32,000 nt of DNA from an uncultured archaeon (GTDB taxonomy: Archaea > Asgardarchaeota > Lokiarchaeia > Sigyniarchaeales > Promethearchaeaceae): positions 38,997 through 70,996 of the forward strand of contig CAYRPF010000005.1 of assembly GCA_964426185.1 (NCBI GenBank), written 5' to 3'. Below are positions 1 through 8,799 of this stretch, in pieces. The first letter of the stretch is position 1. Each line of letters opens with the position of its first letter. The notes under the pieces were generated by a model. That model did no database searches and was not told the origin of the DNA. It saw nothing but the letters and a program-made list of their open reading frames with translations. The position numbers and the translations under genes are program-made.

Positions 1-33
1 CCAATATATATTATTTTTTATTTTAAAAACCAT
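1..33 (-). CDS. Partial CDS (N-terminus only, runs off the window edge); MVFKIKNNIYW resembles the start of FprA/flavodiiron metallo-beta-lactamase-fold proteins
   Basis: ATG at 33 preceded by GGGTGAG SD-like motif; 11 open codons; KIKNNIYW(VG)-type starts are typical of FprA. Only 11 aa visible. Confidence 0.35.
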   Translation of the reverse strand, partial: MVFKIKNNIYW

Positions 34-138
34 ATATCTCACCCTTATGAAGATTTCAATCTTTAAATTAATTTATACTATTATTCATAAGCAATCCTTA
101 AGAGAGTCGAACAAGTAGAAAAAAGAGACATGGAAGCA

Positions 139-1710
139 TTAATTAGCTATATTTTTCAGTTTTCTTCTAATATAATTCTCCAAAAAATACCATCCAAGTC
201 CTATCGGCACGCAAATCAACCACATGAGAGCAACGTAAAGCCAGACGACCATTACATAATTTGAATTGCTGTTAAACCACATCGTATGTATAGCATTTCC
301 TTCCACCAAATAATGATCCCCTGTAACTGCCAGGATTATGCCGTATGCAAAAATCTGGGTTAATAATATGTGATAACTAGCCTTTCCAATGGTTGAGAAC
401 CCCTTTAATATTTTATAGTTTGAATTCTTAGGTAAAACTGAAAGGAACACCATCACTATTAGCGCGGAATACGGATAAACAAGAAAGTGATAGTCCCCTG
501 TAATAAGTAAGAATCTAAAATCATCATAATGATAAACAGATAGATAGGTTGCAGAGGTAATTCCCAACATCCACAGGAAAAAATTACGATTTTTTGGAGA
601 AAAAATTATGTTTAGCACATATGGAACGGCAAAAACGACTATGGCTTCAAAGAAAAGAGTGCTCTCAGCGTTACATGTGCGGGTTTCCCAATCAATCCAA
701 ACTAAATCCCCGTATTTATCTATAATTAATAAAAATCCGATAGTTATTAATATAGAAATGGAGAAAACTTTTGCAAATTCATTCAATGGTCGGTAGAAAT
801 AAAACCCTAAACATAAAACAATGAGTAAAATGACAATCATGACTGCTTGCCACCTTCCTAGGATTAATTTTAGATTTGGTACTATCACTGTTATTCCCAG
901 AACAATTAGCGCCAATATTACTAAATAAAAATGGAATGGAACCTTTTCATTGAGTTTTTTATTGAGTGTTTTTGTTTTTGTTTGTATATTTGAAATCGAG
1001 TCCACCGAGTCCGCAATTAAGTGAGGATTATGTGCTATCCAAAATCCGATGAAAAGGGCATTTATGTAAAATAAGACACTGGTTTGGAGCATCGTGCGGG
1101 CTAGCGGTACATTCGGCCACCATTCAACATAATGGCCATTAACCACAAAATTGAAATACTGAACTCCCAGTTCAAACAGAAAAGAAGCAACTAAAGTCAT
1201 TTTTGGTGCTTTCCGAAATACCCAATAAAGAAGTGGCAAGATCAGCATGGCTTGAAACAGAACAGGGATAAACCAATTTCCGGGGCCATAGAACGGTAAA
1301 ATAAAATTCCAGAGCATTTCTTGAGGCCAGTGTGGATAAAACTGAATTTCAAGTAAATTTGTGAAATTACTGTAATAAATTAAGCCAAATATTGTTGATA
1401 CTATGAACAACAGACCAAAGGGAATATAAAATCGTTTGAATTTATGCCAAATATATTTCATATAAGAATGGAAAGATTCCAAGGGGATGCCTTTTTTTCG
1501 AAATGATAATGCCGAGTTAAAGCCCATAATGATGAGGAAAACTGGAATTGAAATGCGTTCCCACAGTGAGTGGCCCCATTGAGCGCGTACATCCCAAGGT
1601 ATGGCGTGGTCAATGATGACTAACAAAATCATCAGTCCTTTCAGAATATCAATCTGCAGGTAGTGAGAATCATCTTTAAAATCCGAAGTTTTCTCTTCTG
1701 AAGCAGTCAT
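139..1710 (-). CDS. Acyltransferase-3 (OafA-like) integral membrane acyltransferase with internal TM insertion
   Basis: IDILKGLMILLVIIDH, IPVFLIIMGF, KFKRFYIP, WFIPVLFQ and IGKASYHILLTQ motifs typical of AT3; multi-TM; 523 aa. Confidence 0.8.
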   Translation of the reverse strand: MTASEEKTSDFKDDSHYLQIDILKGLMILLVIIDHAIPWDVRAQWGHSLWERISIPVFLIIMGFNSALSFRKKGIPLESFHSYMKYIWHKFKRFYIPFGLLFIVSTIFGLIYYSNFTNLLEIQFYPHWPQEMLWNFILPFYGPGNWFIPVLFQAMLILPLLYWVFRKAPKMTLVASFLFELGVQYFNFVVNGHYVEWWPNVPLARTMLQTSVLFYINALFIGFWIAHNPHLIADSVDSISNIQTKTKTLNKKLNEKVPFHFYLVILALIVLGITVIVPNLKLILGRWQAVMIVILLIVLCLGFYFYRPLNEFAKVFSISILITIGFLLIIDKYGDLVWIDWETRTCNAESTLFFEAIVVFAVPYVLNIIFSPKNRNFFLWMLGITSATYLSVYHYDDFRFLLITGDYHFLVYPYSALIVMVFLSVLPKNSNYKILKGFSTIGKASYHILLTQIFAYGIILAVTGDHYLVEGNAIHTMWFNSNSNYVMVVWLYVALMWLICVPIGLGWYFLENYIRRKLKNIAN

Positions 1711-1856
1711 ATTAATCTGTGCATAAAAAAGGGAGAGAATTAATAAAGGAAGGTAAGCCCTTTTCTCTAATCAATCTAATTTTTGTGAATAAGTTGAAAT
1801 TTTTTTATTCATCTTCGATCAATAAGAATATACTACTATAAAGGGAAGAAGAAAAT

Positions 1857-3185
1857 TTGAACGAATCAGAAAAGAACCTGGAAGAACAAGAAACTGCCTA
1901 TCAATACCAAAAGAATATCATTAAACTCTATGCAAAATACATTAACAAGCCGAAAACCACTTTTTTTAAAAGTTTAGGGCTGGCAGTAGCACAAGGAAAG
2001 CGTGATGGAATTTATCTTTCAACTTTGGCTGGAAATCGCAAGAAAAATGCTCCGATTAAGTTTATTGACTGTCGTACAAGCGGTGGTGTATTCAATTTTG
2101 GTCATCATAACTTGAAATTGGTGAATATCTTAAAAGAAGCTTTAGACAAGGGGCTGGATATTGGTGATCATCATATGATCAGCGAACAAAGAGCATTATT
2201 AGCCCGAGATCTGGCAGAAATCCTTCCAGGGAATATTTCGAAAACTCAATTTTGCGTGGGAGGAGGTGAAGCAATTGATTTATCTTTAAAACTTGCCCGA
2301 GCTTTCACCAAGCGGAAAAAAATCATTTCAGCCAACCGAGCATATCACGGTGTGACCGGACTTGCCATGTCGGTGGGAAGCGAGCGGTTTTATAGTCCCT
2401 TTCAAACAGACATCTCGGATTTCATCCATGTTCCATTTGGAGATTTAGATAAAACTTTGAATGCTATTGATGAATCCACTGCTGCTGTAATTTTGGAGAC
2501 TATCCCTGCTACGGGGGGTATTCTTATTCCACCTCCTGGATACTTACGCGCCGTTAAGCAACGATGCGAAGAAACCGGTGCTCTTTATATTGCAGATGAA
2601 GTGCAAGCGGGATTGGGAAGGACTGGGGAACTGTGGGCTGTTGATGGTGGAATTTATCCCGATGAGCGGGTGGTTCCCGATATAATGGTATTAGCTAAAG
2701 GTATGAGTGCAGGTTTATATCCGTTGGCAACTTGTTCCTATCGAGCTGAAATAGAATCGGTGTTTGAAGAAGATCCGTTTCTGCACATTTCTACCACAGG
2801 GGGATCTGAGGTGGGCTGCTATGTCACCCGCAAGATGCTCAAAATGCTTACCGCTCCTGGTTTCTTGGATAATGTGAAGGAAAGAGGTGCACAACTTCAG
2901 AAAGGTCTGTTGGAAATTCAAGAAAAGCGTTCGGATATTGTAAAAGAAATTCGAGGACGCGGGTTAATGTGGGGGATGGAATTCATAAATAATCGATTAA
3001 GTATTGGTTATACTCTATATATGATTCAAAACGAGATATTTGCTGATTACTGTGGTAATAATGAAGCGACTATTAAGTTGATGCCGCCTCTAATTACAAA
3101 TTCCAAAGAAATTGAAGAAATTATCCGAAGGTTAGAAATTGCAGTTGAAAAACTTCCTTCTCCGAAGAAAGAAGGAACTAATTAA
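1857..3185 (+). CDS. Class III PLP-dependent aminotransferase (PatA/ArgD-like family)
   Basis: FIDC..GGVFNFGH, GGEAIDLSLKLA, AYHG, IADEVQAGLGRTG, PDIMVLAKG (PLP Lys), IRGRGLMWG; TTG start. Confidence 0.92.
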   Translation: MNESEKNLEEQETAYQYQKNIIKLYAKYINKPKTTFFKSLGLAVAQGKRDGIYLSTLAGNRKKNAPIKFIDCRTSGGVFNFGHHNLKLVNILKEALDKGLDIGDHHMISEQRALLARDLAEILPGNISKTQFCVGGGEAIDLSLKLARAFTKRKKIISANRAYHGVTGLAMSVGSERFYSPFQTDISDFIHVPFGDLDKTLNAIDESTAAVILETIPATGGILIPPPGYLRAVKQRCEETGALYIADEVQAGLGRTGELWAVDGGIYPDERVVPDIMVLAKGMSAGLYPLATCSYRAEIESVFEEDPFLHISTTGGSEVGCYVTRKMLKMLTAPGFLDNVKERGAQLQKGLLEIQEKRSDIVKEIRGRGLMWGMEFINNRLSIGYTLYMIQNEIFADYCGNNEATIKLMPPLITNSKEIEEIIRRLEIAVEKLPSPKKEGTN

Positions 3186-3198
3186 GGAGGCATAAAAA

Positions 3199-4197
3199 AT
3201 GAGTATGAAAGGGAAATTGGGTGTTTATTTAAGCAAAATTGAAAATGAATCTGGAGAATTTGAAATATTACAATTATTTGAAAGCTCACTCGACACGGTG
3301 CATCCAGATCAAGGTGAAATTCCAATAAAATTGCTTGGATTTGGAGAAATCAGTATTGTGTTTGAAATTTTAACTCCTGAATTAAAAGGATTGGCTTTCA
3401 AGCGCTTGCCTCTCTTTGAGAGTGAAGCTCAAGTCACTCGACACATCAAAGCATATCATGAATATTACACTCTTCTAACAGAAAAAGTCGGTTTAGTGAT
3501 CCCAGAGCAAAAAAGTGCCTGGGTATATATGAATGATGAGCACACAAAAATCGCGCTCTATTGTATTCAAAAGAAAATCCCGGCTGAAAATGTAGTTAGT
3601 TCTATGTTATCGTCTATTTCTGCCGAGAAATTGAAGCCAATTGTCGCACTAATTCTTCAAGAATTTAAAAAGATCTGGCAGTACAATCGCAATAATACTG
3701 AAATGATCGAAATTGGATTGGACGGACAAATATCTAATTGGGCCTATTTTAAGACCCCTACAGGCAATCATATAGAATATCTAGATACATCGACTCCTCT
3801 ATTTCGTAAAGATGGTGAAGAAGCCATGGAAGTCGCATTGTTTCTTAAGAGTGCTCCTTCATTTTTGCAGTGGATGTTAAAATCTTTGGCTACAGAGGTA
3901 GTTGAACGTTATTATAACTTACGCGATGTGTTTATTGATCTGATTGCTAATTTCTACAAGGAGCAACGTTCTGATTTAATACCTGCTTTAATCTCTCAAA
4001 TAAATGAATTTATCCTCGAAAAAATTCCGGAGTTAGAAATTTCTCCCATATCGGAAGAGGAAGTTGTAAAGTATTATAAGCATGATAAATTCATCTGGCA
4101 GCTGTATTTAGGTTTAAGGAGATTTGATCGATTCTTAAAGACAAAAATTTTGCGGAAGAAATATGATTTCTACCTCCCAGAAAAGATAAAACGGTAG
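3199..4197 (+). CDS. DUF6206-like protein with probable protein-kinase-like (APH/choline kinase-type) fold
   Basis: AGGAGG SD at 3185-3190, 13 bp after the aminotransferase; LGFGEISIVF (Gly loop), LAFKRLP (beta3 Lys), GLDGQISNW (DxxxxN loop), YLDTS (DFG-equivalent Asp). Confidence 0.6.
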   Translation: MSMKGKLGVYLSKIENESGEFEILQLFESSLDTVHPDQGEIPIKLLGFGEISIVFEILTPELKGLAFKRLPLFESEAQVTRHIKAYHEYYTLLTEKVGLVIPEQKSAWVYMNDEHTKIALYCIQKKIPAENVVSSMLSSISAEKLKPIVALILQEFKKIWQYNRNNTEMIEIGLDGQISNWAYFKTPTGNHIEYLDTSTPLFRKDGEEAMEVALFLKSAPSFLQWMLKSLATEVVERYYNLRDVFIDLIANFYKEQRSDLIPALISQINEFILEKIPELEISPISEEEVVKYYKHDKFIWQLYLGLRRFDRFLKTKILRKKYDFYLPEKIKR

Positions 4198-4257
4198 TGT
4201 GTTTTTTGGAAAGTCGGCAAATTTTTTTTGTTTGGATTTTTTATTGGTTTGAATTTC

Positions 4258-5292
4258 ATGGATAAGAATTCTTCCCAAACAATCTCAAATAATCTCGTTG
4301 AATCTCCTGATAAGAAACCCGAAAATCACTCTGAAGAGCAACTCGATAAGTCGTACGATAGAGATATAAAAAGTACCGCTTTACCTCACTATTTGGGATT
4401 AATACTACTCATTGTGACCACAATCCTATGGGGTTCTACATTCACAATCACAAATCAAGTTACTCAACACATCCCGCCGATTTTTTACATGACTTTTCGC
4501 TACTTAATTGGATTTCTGGTTTACATTCCATTTTTTTGCCATTTTCGTAAAATTAACCGGGAATTTTGGAAAATTACACTCACGGCCAGCTTTCTGTTAT
4601 GGGCATCATTCACACTTCAGACGATAGGAATTCAATTAACCACTGCAACAAAATCAGCATTTATTACTGGATTAAACGTGATTATGATTCCAATTTTTGC
4701 AGCAGTTATTTACAAAAGGCGGGTTCGTGGTATTATTTGGGTCAGTACTGTATTAGCCTTAATCGGCGTCTCGATCATGTCATTTTCGGGATTTGATTCC
4801 ATCGAATTGGGAGATGTTTTAGTATTCATCTGTGATATTTTTTACGCGCTATACATCTTGTATTTAGAAAGAAAGCTTCCTTTTGTGGAAATTATTTCCT
4901 TCAGTGCCTTTCAACTTGCGTTTTTATCTTTGTTTTCCTTCATATCATCACTGATATTTGAAGTTTCGGTAAACTCATTCGTTTCAACCTTCAGAATTTT
5001 TCTCCAAACCCCATTCTACTGGTACATCTTATACATGGGCGTCATTGCTACTTCATTTGCCACTATAATTCAAATGAAGGGCCAAAGGGCAGTAACTGCC
5101 ACTCAAGCTGCAATAATATATGCGCTCGAGCCTATTTTTGGCGCATTATTCGCTGCAATTCTGGGTAATGAAGATATTACTTGGCAAATTATTGTAGGAG
5201 GTGGGTTAATTATGACCGGAATCTTTTTATCCATTTCTAAAAAGAAAAAATATAATTCTGACACTGAAAGAAAAAAAAGTTGCAAAAAATAA
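4258..5292 (+). CDS. EamA/DMT family transporter
   Basis: ~10 TM, LWGSTF, TTATKSAFITGL, GDVLVF, YALEPIFGALFA; ATG 4258 preferred over TTG 4228. Confidence 0.9.
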   Translation: MDKNSSQTISNNLVESPDKKPENHSEEQLDKSYDRDIKSTALPHYLGLILLIVTTILWGSTFTITNQVTQHIPPIFYMTFRYLIGFLVYIPFFCHFRKINREFWKITLTASFLLWASFTLQTIGIQLTTATKSAFITGLNVIMIPIFAAVIYKRRVRGIIWVSTVLALIGVSIMSFSGFDSIELGDVLVFICDIFYALYILYLERKLPFVEIISFSAFQLAFLSLFSFISSLIFEVSVNSFVSTFRIFLQTPFYWYILYMGVIATSFATIIQMKGQRAVTATQAAIIYALEPIFGALFAAILGNEDITWQIIVGGGLIMTGIFLSISKKKKYNSDTERKKSCKK

Positions 5293-5295
5293 GGG

Positions 5296-5646
5296 TTATA
5301 ACACTAATTTTTTTAGTTCTTTAGGATTTATTTTAATTGCTTTAGTTTTTCCTTTTGATTTTTCTTGTGCCATCACTTTGTGCTTTTGATGAAGAAGCTT
5401 CTGCTTTTCCAATCGAATCTTCTCTTCATAAGAAAGAATGCGCTCGGGAGGCAAAACAGGTTCATCATCTAAAAATTCTCGATTGAATTCTGAAAGAAAA
5501 CTTTTTGAATCAAGAAAATTCGCATTTCCAAGAGTTTCATCCCTACCTCGAAAGGTATTTTTTCTTTTGGGATGATGTTTTGGATTACTCTTCGCTTTTT
5601 TTCCGTGTTTATGCGACTTGTGCTTAGAAAGATTTTTACGCGCCAA
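5296..5646 (-). CDS. Small highly basic (Lys/His-rich) hypothetical protein
   Basis: 116-aa ORF filling the gap; own TATA-like motif at 5690-5699 and GAGGAG SD; TTG start. Confidence 0.65.
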   Translation of the reverse strand: MARKNLSKHKSHKHGKKAKSNPKHHPKRKNTFRGRDETLGNANFLDSKSFLSEFNREFLDDEPVLPPERILSYEEKIRLEKQKLLHQKHKVMAQEKSKGKTKAIKINPKELKKLVL

Positions 5647-5689
5647 TGAGCATTTCTCTCCTCAAGTGCTTTAGTTATTATTAGAAAAT

Positions 5690-5699
5690 GAGTTAAAAA
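5690..5699 (-). promoter_or_regulatory. TATA-like promoter element TTTTTAACTC
   Basis: Identical 10-mer also at 6749-6758 and 29030-29039, each just upstream of a minus-strand gene start. Confidence 0.5.
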
Positions 5700-5711
5700 A
5701 ATTTTATTTTT

Positions 5712-6731
5712 TTAAAGATTGATCTTTAATCGATTTATTCGCTGAATAAGTGCTGTGATTACCAAAGGAAATCCTATAGTACTATCGACCCAGACACTTT
5801 GATGTTTTGCATTTACAGCATATTTTCCCCACGAAATGCTTTCAGAAATAGTGCAACCCGACAACCCTCCATCATATTGAACAGCAGTATGAAAACGAAC
5901 GCTGAAATTATATCCATCGTAAATTCGGGCATCATTCGATTGGTGCATCTGATCTAAGTAGGGAAAAATTTGCTGTGCCCAATTACGGGGTACACCACCG
6001 CCTAAAATAATCGAACCCGCTTGGTTATATTTTGAAATGTAATCTGCAAAAATGGGAATATCGCCCAGTTCATCAATGATAATTTGAATGTTGTTTCGTT
6101 TTCGATACTTAACTAAATTCAATCCCAATTCAGAATCCGATAATGCTCCACAAAAGATAGGAACGTTATACTTAGCCGTTAACGAAATAAAACTCCTACC
6201 GGGTAAATTTTCTCCTAAAATGCGTAGAAATTCGGAAGGAGTTTGCGTGTATATCTCATTTGGTTTGTAAAATTTTTGAATTAGTTTTAACAAACCTTTT
6301 TCGGCCTTAGCATAGTTGTCTTCAGGTAGAAAAGTATCATAAATACGATTAATGCGGTGTTTGAATAAATCTGGGTCGTTTACTTTCTCAGAACCGATAA
6401 AGTGTCCTTGATGTGCTTGATCTGGATCAAAAACATTCACAATTGAATGAATAAGATTCGCTCCAGTAGTAACTATCGCATCAATTATTTTATATTCGAT
6501 AGCTTGATTGATAACTTCCTCCATTCCAGCTGGTATCATTGCCCCAGCTAAGGTAAGAACTTTAAAGCAATTAGGAGTATTTACCATATTTGTTAAAACT
6601 TCCAAAGCTCTCCCTAAATTTCTACCTTGAAAAGAGCAAGATTGCAAATTTACTAATGCTTCTTCCACAGTATTTACCGATTTGGGATTAAAGGGTTTGA
6701 TTTTCGATTGTAAATATTCTTCCTTTCGCAT
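5712..6731 (-). CDS. dys: Deoxyhypusine synthase family protein
   Basis: SFQGRNLG, LAGAMIPAG, IVTTGANL, RINRIYDT, DSELG, GGGVPRN, DGGLSGC..SESISWGK (catalytic Lys); ATG 6731 preferred because ATG 6746 abuts the TATA-like motif. Confidence 0.9.
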   Translation of the reverse strand: MRKEEYLQSKIKPFNPKSVNTVEEALVNLQSCSFQGRNLGRALEVLTNMVNTPNCFKVLTLAGAMIPAGMEEVINQAIEYKIIDAIVTTGANLIHSIVNVFDPDQAHQGHFIGSEKVNDPDLFKHRINRIYDTFLPEDNYAKAEKGLLKLIQKFYKPNEIYTQTPSEFLRILGENLPGRSFISLTAKYNVPIFCGALSDSELGLNLVKYRKRNNIQIIIDELGDIPIFADYISKYNQAGSIILGGGVPRNWAQQIFPYLDQMHQSNDARIYDGYNFSVRFHTAVQYDGGLSGCTISESISWGKYAVNAKHQSVWVDSTIGFPLVITALIQRINRLKINL

Positions 6732-6748
6732 TTGCAAACACTTCATTT

Positions 6749-6758
6749 GAGTTAAAAA
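6749..6758 (-). promoter_or_regulatory. TATA-like promoter element TTTTTAACTC (likely leaderless DHS transcript)
   Basis: Repeated 10-mer, ~20-27 nt upstream of ATG 6731. Confidence 0.5.
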
Positions 6759-6822
6759 AAAATTTAATTAAAATAAAATTTGAACTCAATTAGAACTTAT
6801 TTAAGGCGTAATTCAAGCACTT

Positions 6823-7368
6823 TTAGAGCACAAATACAGCAGCGGATAATACGGTGGTAAATTCTTCATCTTTTTCCACGACCGCTGTGGAAGTATGAGA
6901 CTTTGTCTCTACGATCTTGTCACTCATTAAAAATATTTTTCGTCTTTTATCGTAATCTTCATCAGGATCAAACGGAATTCCAAGAGAAGATGCAAGCATG
7001 GTAGCTGCTAAATCTTCAGCAAAATCACTGGCTGTTTGTTCATCTTGACCAAAAGAGTGATGTTCACTTAAATAACCATAATGTTTTTCATCTTTTGGTT
7101 TCGCTACGCCAATTGAGGCAGAAATCAAGCGATTTATTTCACTAGAGCAATGCCTGGCTAAAACCGAGTAAACAATTTGCCCAGGTTTCAGCATTTTCAA
7201 ACCTTCTTCTCTACTTATTTCAATACAATTAGGAGGGAATATTGAAGATACTTGAACTATATTCAGTGTTGAAATACCTGCATCGCGTAAAGCCTCTTCA
7301 AAGGATTGCAGTTCTTTCTTGGCACGTCCTACGCCTTTCGTGAAAAACACATATTTTGGAATCATCAT
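6823..7368 (-). CDS. pdaD: Pyruvoyl-dependent arginine decarboxylase
   Basis: FFTKGVG, SFEEALRDAGI, NIVQVSSIFPP (Ser-Ser autocleavage site), YGYLSEH, AEDLAATML. Confidence 0.93.
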   Translation of the reverse strand: MMIPKYVFFTKGVGRAKKELQSFEEALRDAGISTLNIVQVSSIFPPNCIEISREEGLKMLKPGQIVYSVLARHCSSEINRLISASIGVAKPKDEKHYGYLSEHHSFGQDEQTASDFAEDLAATMLASSLGIPFDPDEDYDKRRKIFLMSDKIVETKSHTSTAVVEKDEEFTTVLSAAVFVL

Positions 7369-7443
7369 TTAAAAAAAGAAGTGCCTAATTTTATCTTTTT
7401 CCATTAGTAAGAATGTTAAAAAATACCCCAAATTAGAAGGCGA

Positions 7444-8661
7444 TTAAATTTTTAAAACGAATTTTGGTTTTAATTTCAATTCTATTTTACCCAGATTCAG
7501 ATCTTCAACCTTATTAACGATTTTTTTGCCGCGATACGAAAACTGTGTTTCTCTCACATCGCTAAAAATCATTATTGCTTCTTCATTCTCTTGCTCGCAA
7601 ACAAAATATCGTGTACCGTCAAATTCCAAAACATCAGTAACTCTATTTACATGAGGTAAATAATACCCGCCGCCGTGAGGAATGACATTAAAATGAGTTA
7701 ACTGCTCATAGACCCCGTTTTTCTTGGCCCGATGCTCGAATCCTAAATTTTCAATTTGTTTTGTTGTTAGGTTGGGTAAAGCTGTAATTAAATACATGGG
7801 TAAATCTGAACGGAGTGCCACAGGAAAAAGCTTCTTTGGGTCATCTGAAATGTGTTGAGCTCCAAGTAAGATCTCACCAAAATTTATCAATCCTTGATGC
7901 ATGGGATTTGAAACTACTTGAATTTTCCCAAATAACATTTCCGCCGCTTTCTTGCGTTTTTCGGCAGCATACCACTTAACATAGTTAAAATATTTCATGA
8001 AATCTTTGGCATCGGTTCCGTCCAAATAAAGTATAGGCCCAAACGGAGTATCGATTTTTTTACATATCTGACGCAGTTCAGGAGATTGATCATAATATAT
8101 CCCTATCCCTTTTTCATTCTTTTGTCTTAATTCTGGGGCAGATCCGTGAATCACAAACATAAAATTAGGAAATCTCATGCTATCATTGAATTTTTCCTCA
8201 ATTTCGAAAACATCAATGAAATGGTTTCCTTTTTTAAAATCCCATTGAATTTTAATATCATCAATATAAACCTCTTTTTGGATGATTTTATTGATATTTT
8301 GGATAATTTCGCTTGGTTCTGGTAATTCATCTAAGCCCCCAACTAGCATTCCGCAAGCATTCGGTTTAGTATCAATAAAAATTAAAGGATCATGTGCATC
8401 TCCCCAAGTTAATTTTCCCCCATAGCCGTATCCATTCTGCCACCGAATTTTATTTCGAGAAATTGTTTCATCTGGTGTTGAAATGAAAGTTGCTAATGGA
8501 TCCTTTCCCAATTGTTCTTGGGCATAATGAATTTTCGCAAGACCATATTGAAAATTCCATCGACACAGTGAGGATGCTCCATCTTCCACACCTAATGAAA
8601 AATAAAAGCTTTTAGCACGCTTTAATAATTCTTTTTTCGATAAAAAGGATATAGCTTGCAT
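7444..8661 (-). CDS. Divergent RtcB-fold (RNA ligase-like) protein
   Basis: RtcB motifs in the correct order: TPD, NACGM, GNHF, VIHGS, MHQ, PHGGG, SYR, KLKP...K at the C-terminus; ATG 8661 preferred (TTTTAAA box ~26-33 nt upstream). Confidence 0.72.
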   Translation of the reverse strand: MQAISFLSKKELLKRAKSFYFSLGVEDGASSLCRWNFQYGLAKIHYAQEQLGKDPLATFISTPDETISRNKIRWQNGYGYGGKLTWGDAHDPLIFIDTKPNACGMLVGGLDELPEPSEIIQNINKIIQKEVYIDDIKIQWDFKKGNHFIDVFEIEEKFNDSMRFPNFMFVIHGSAPELRQKNEKGIGIYYDQSPELRQICKKIDTPFGPILYLDGTDAKDFMKYFNYVKWYAAEKRKKAAEMLFGKIQVVSNPMHQGLINFGEILLGAQHISDDPKKLFPVALRSDLPMYLITALPNLTTKQIENLGFEHRAKKNGVYEQLTHFNVIPHGGGYYLPHVNRVTDVLEFDGTRYFVCEQENEEAIMIFSDVRETQFSYRGKKIVNKVEDLNLGKIELKLKPKFVLKI

Positions 8662-8799
8662 TTGCCTTTCTAGAGGGGGTCTCAAGTTTAAAAAGCTTAC
8701 GGGTATTTAGGAAAACTCTCAATCGCATAGAACTTCGATAGCAAAGAACCTTAAGGTGGGAACAGCTATATATCATTAAATGAATTAAAGGTTTGTACC

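Noticed and set aside
1727-1764. AAAAGGG/CCCTTTT inverted repeat in the divergent promoter region
   Set aside because: 7-bp low-complexity arms with a 24-nt spacer are expected by chance
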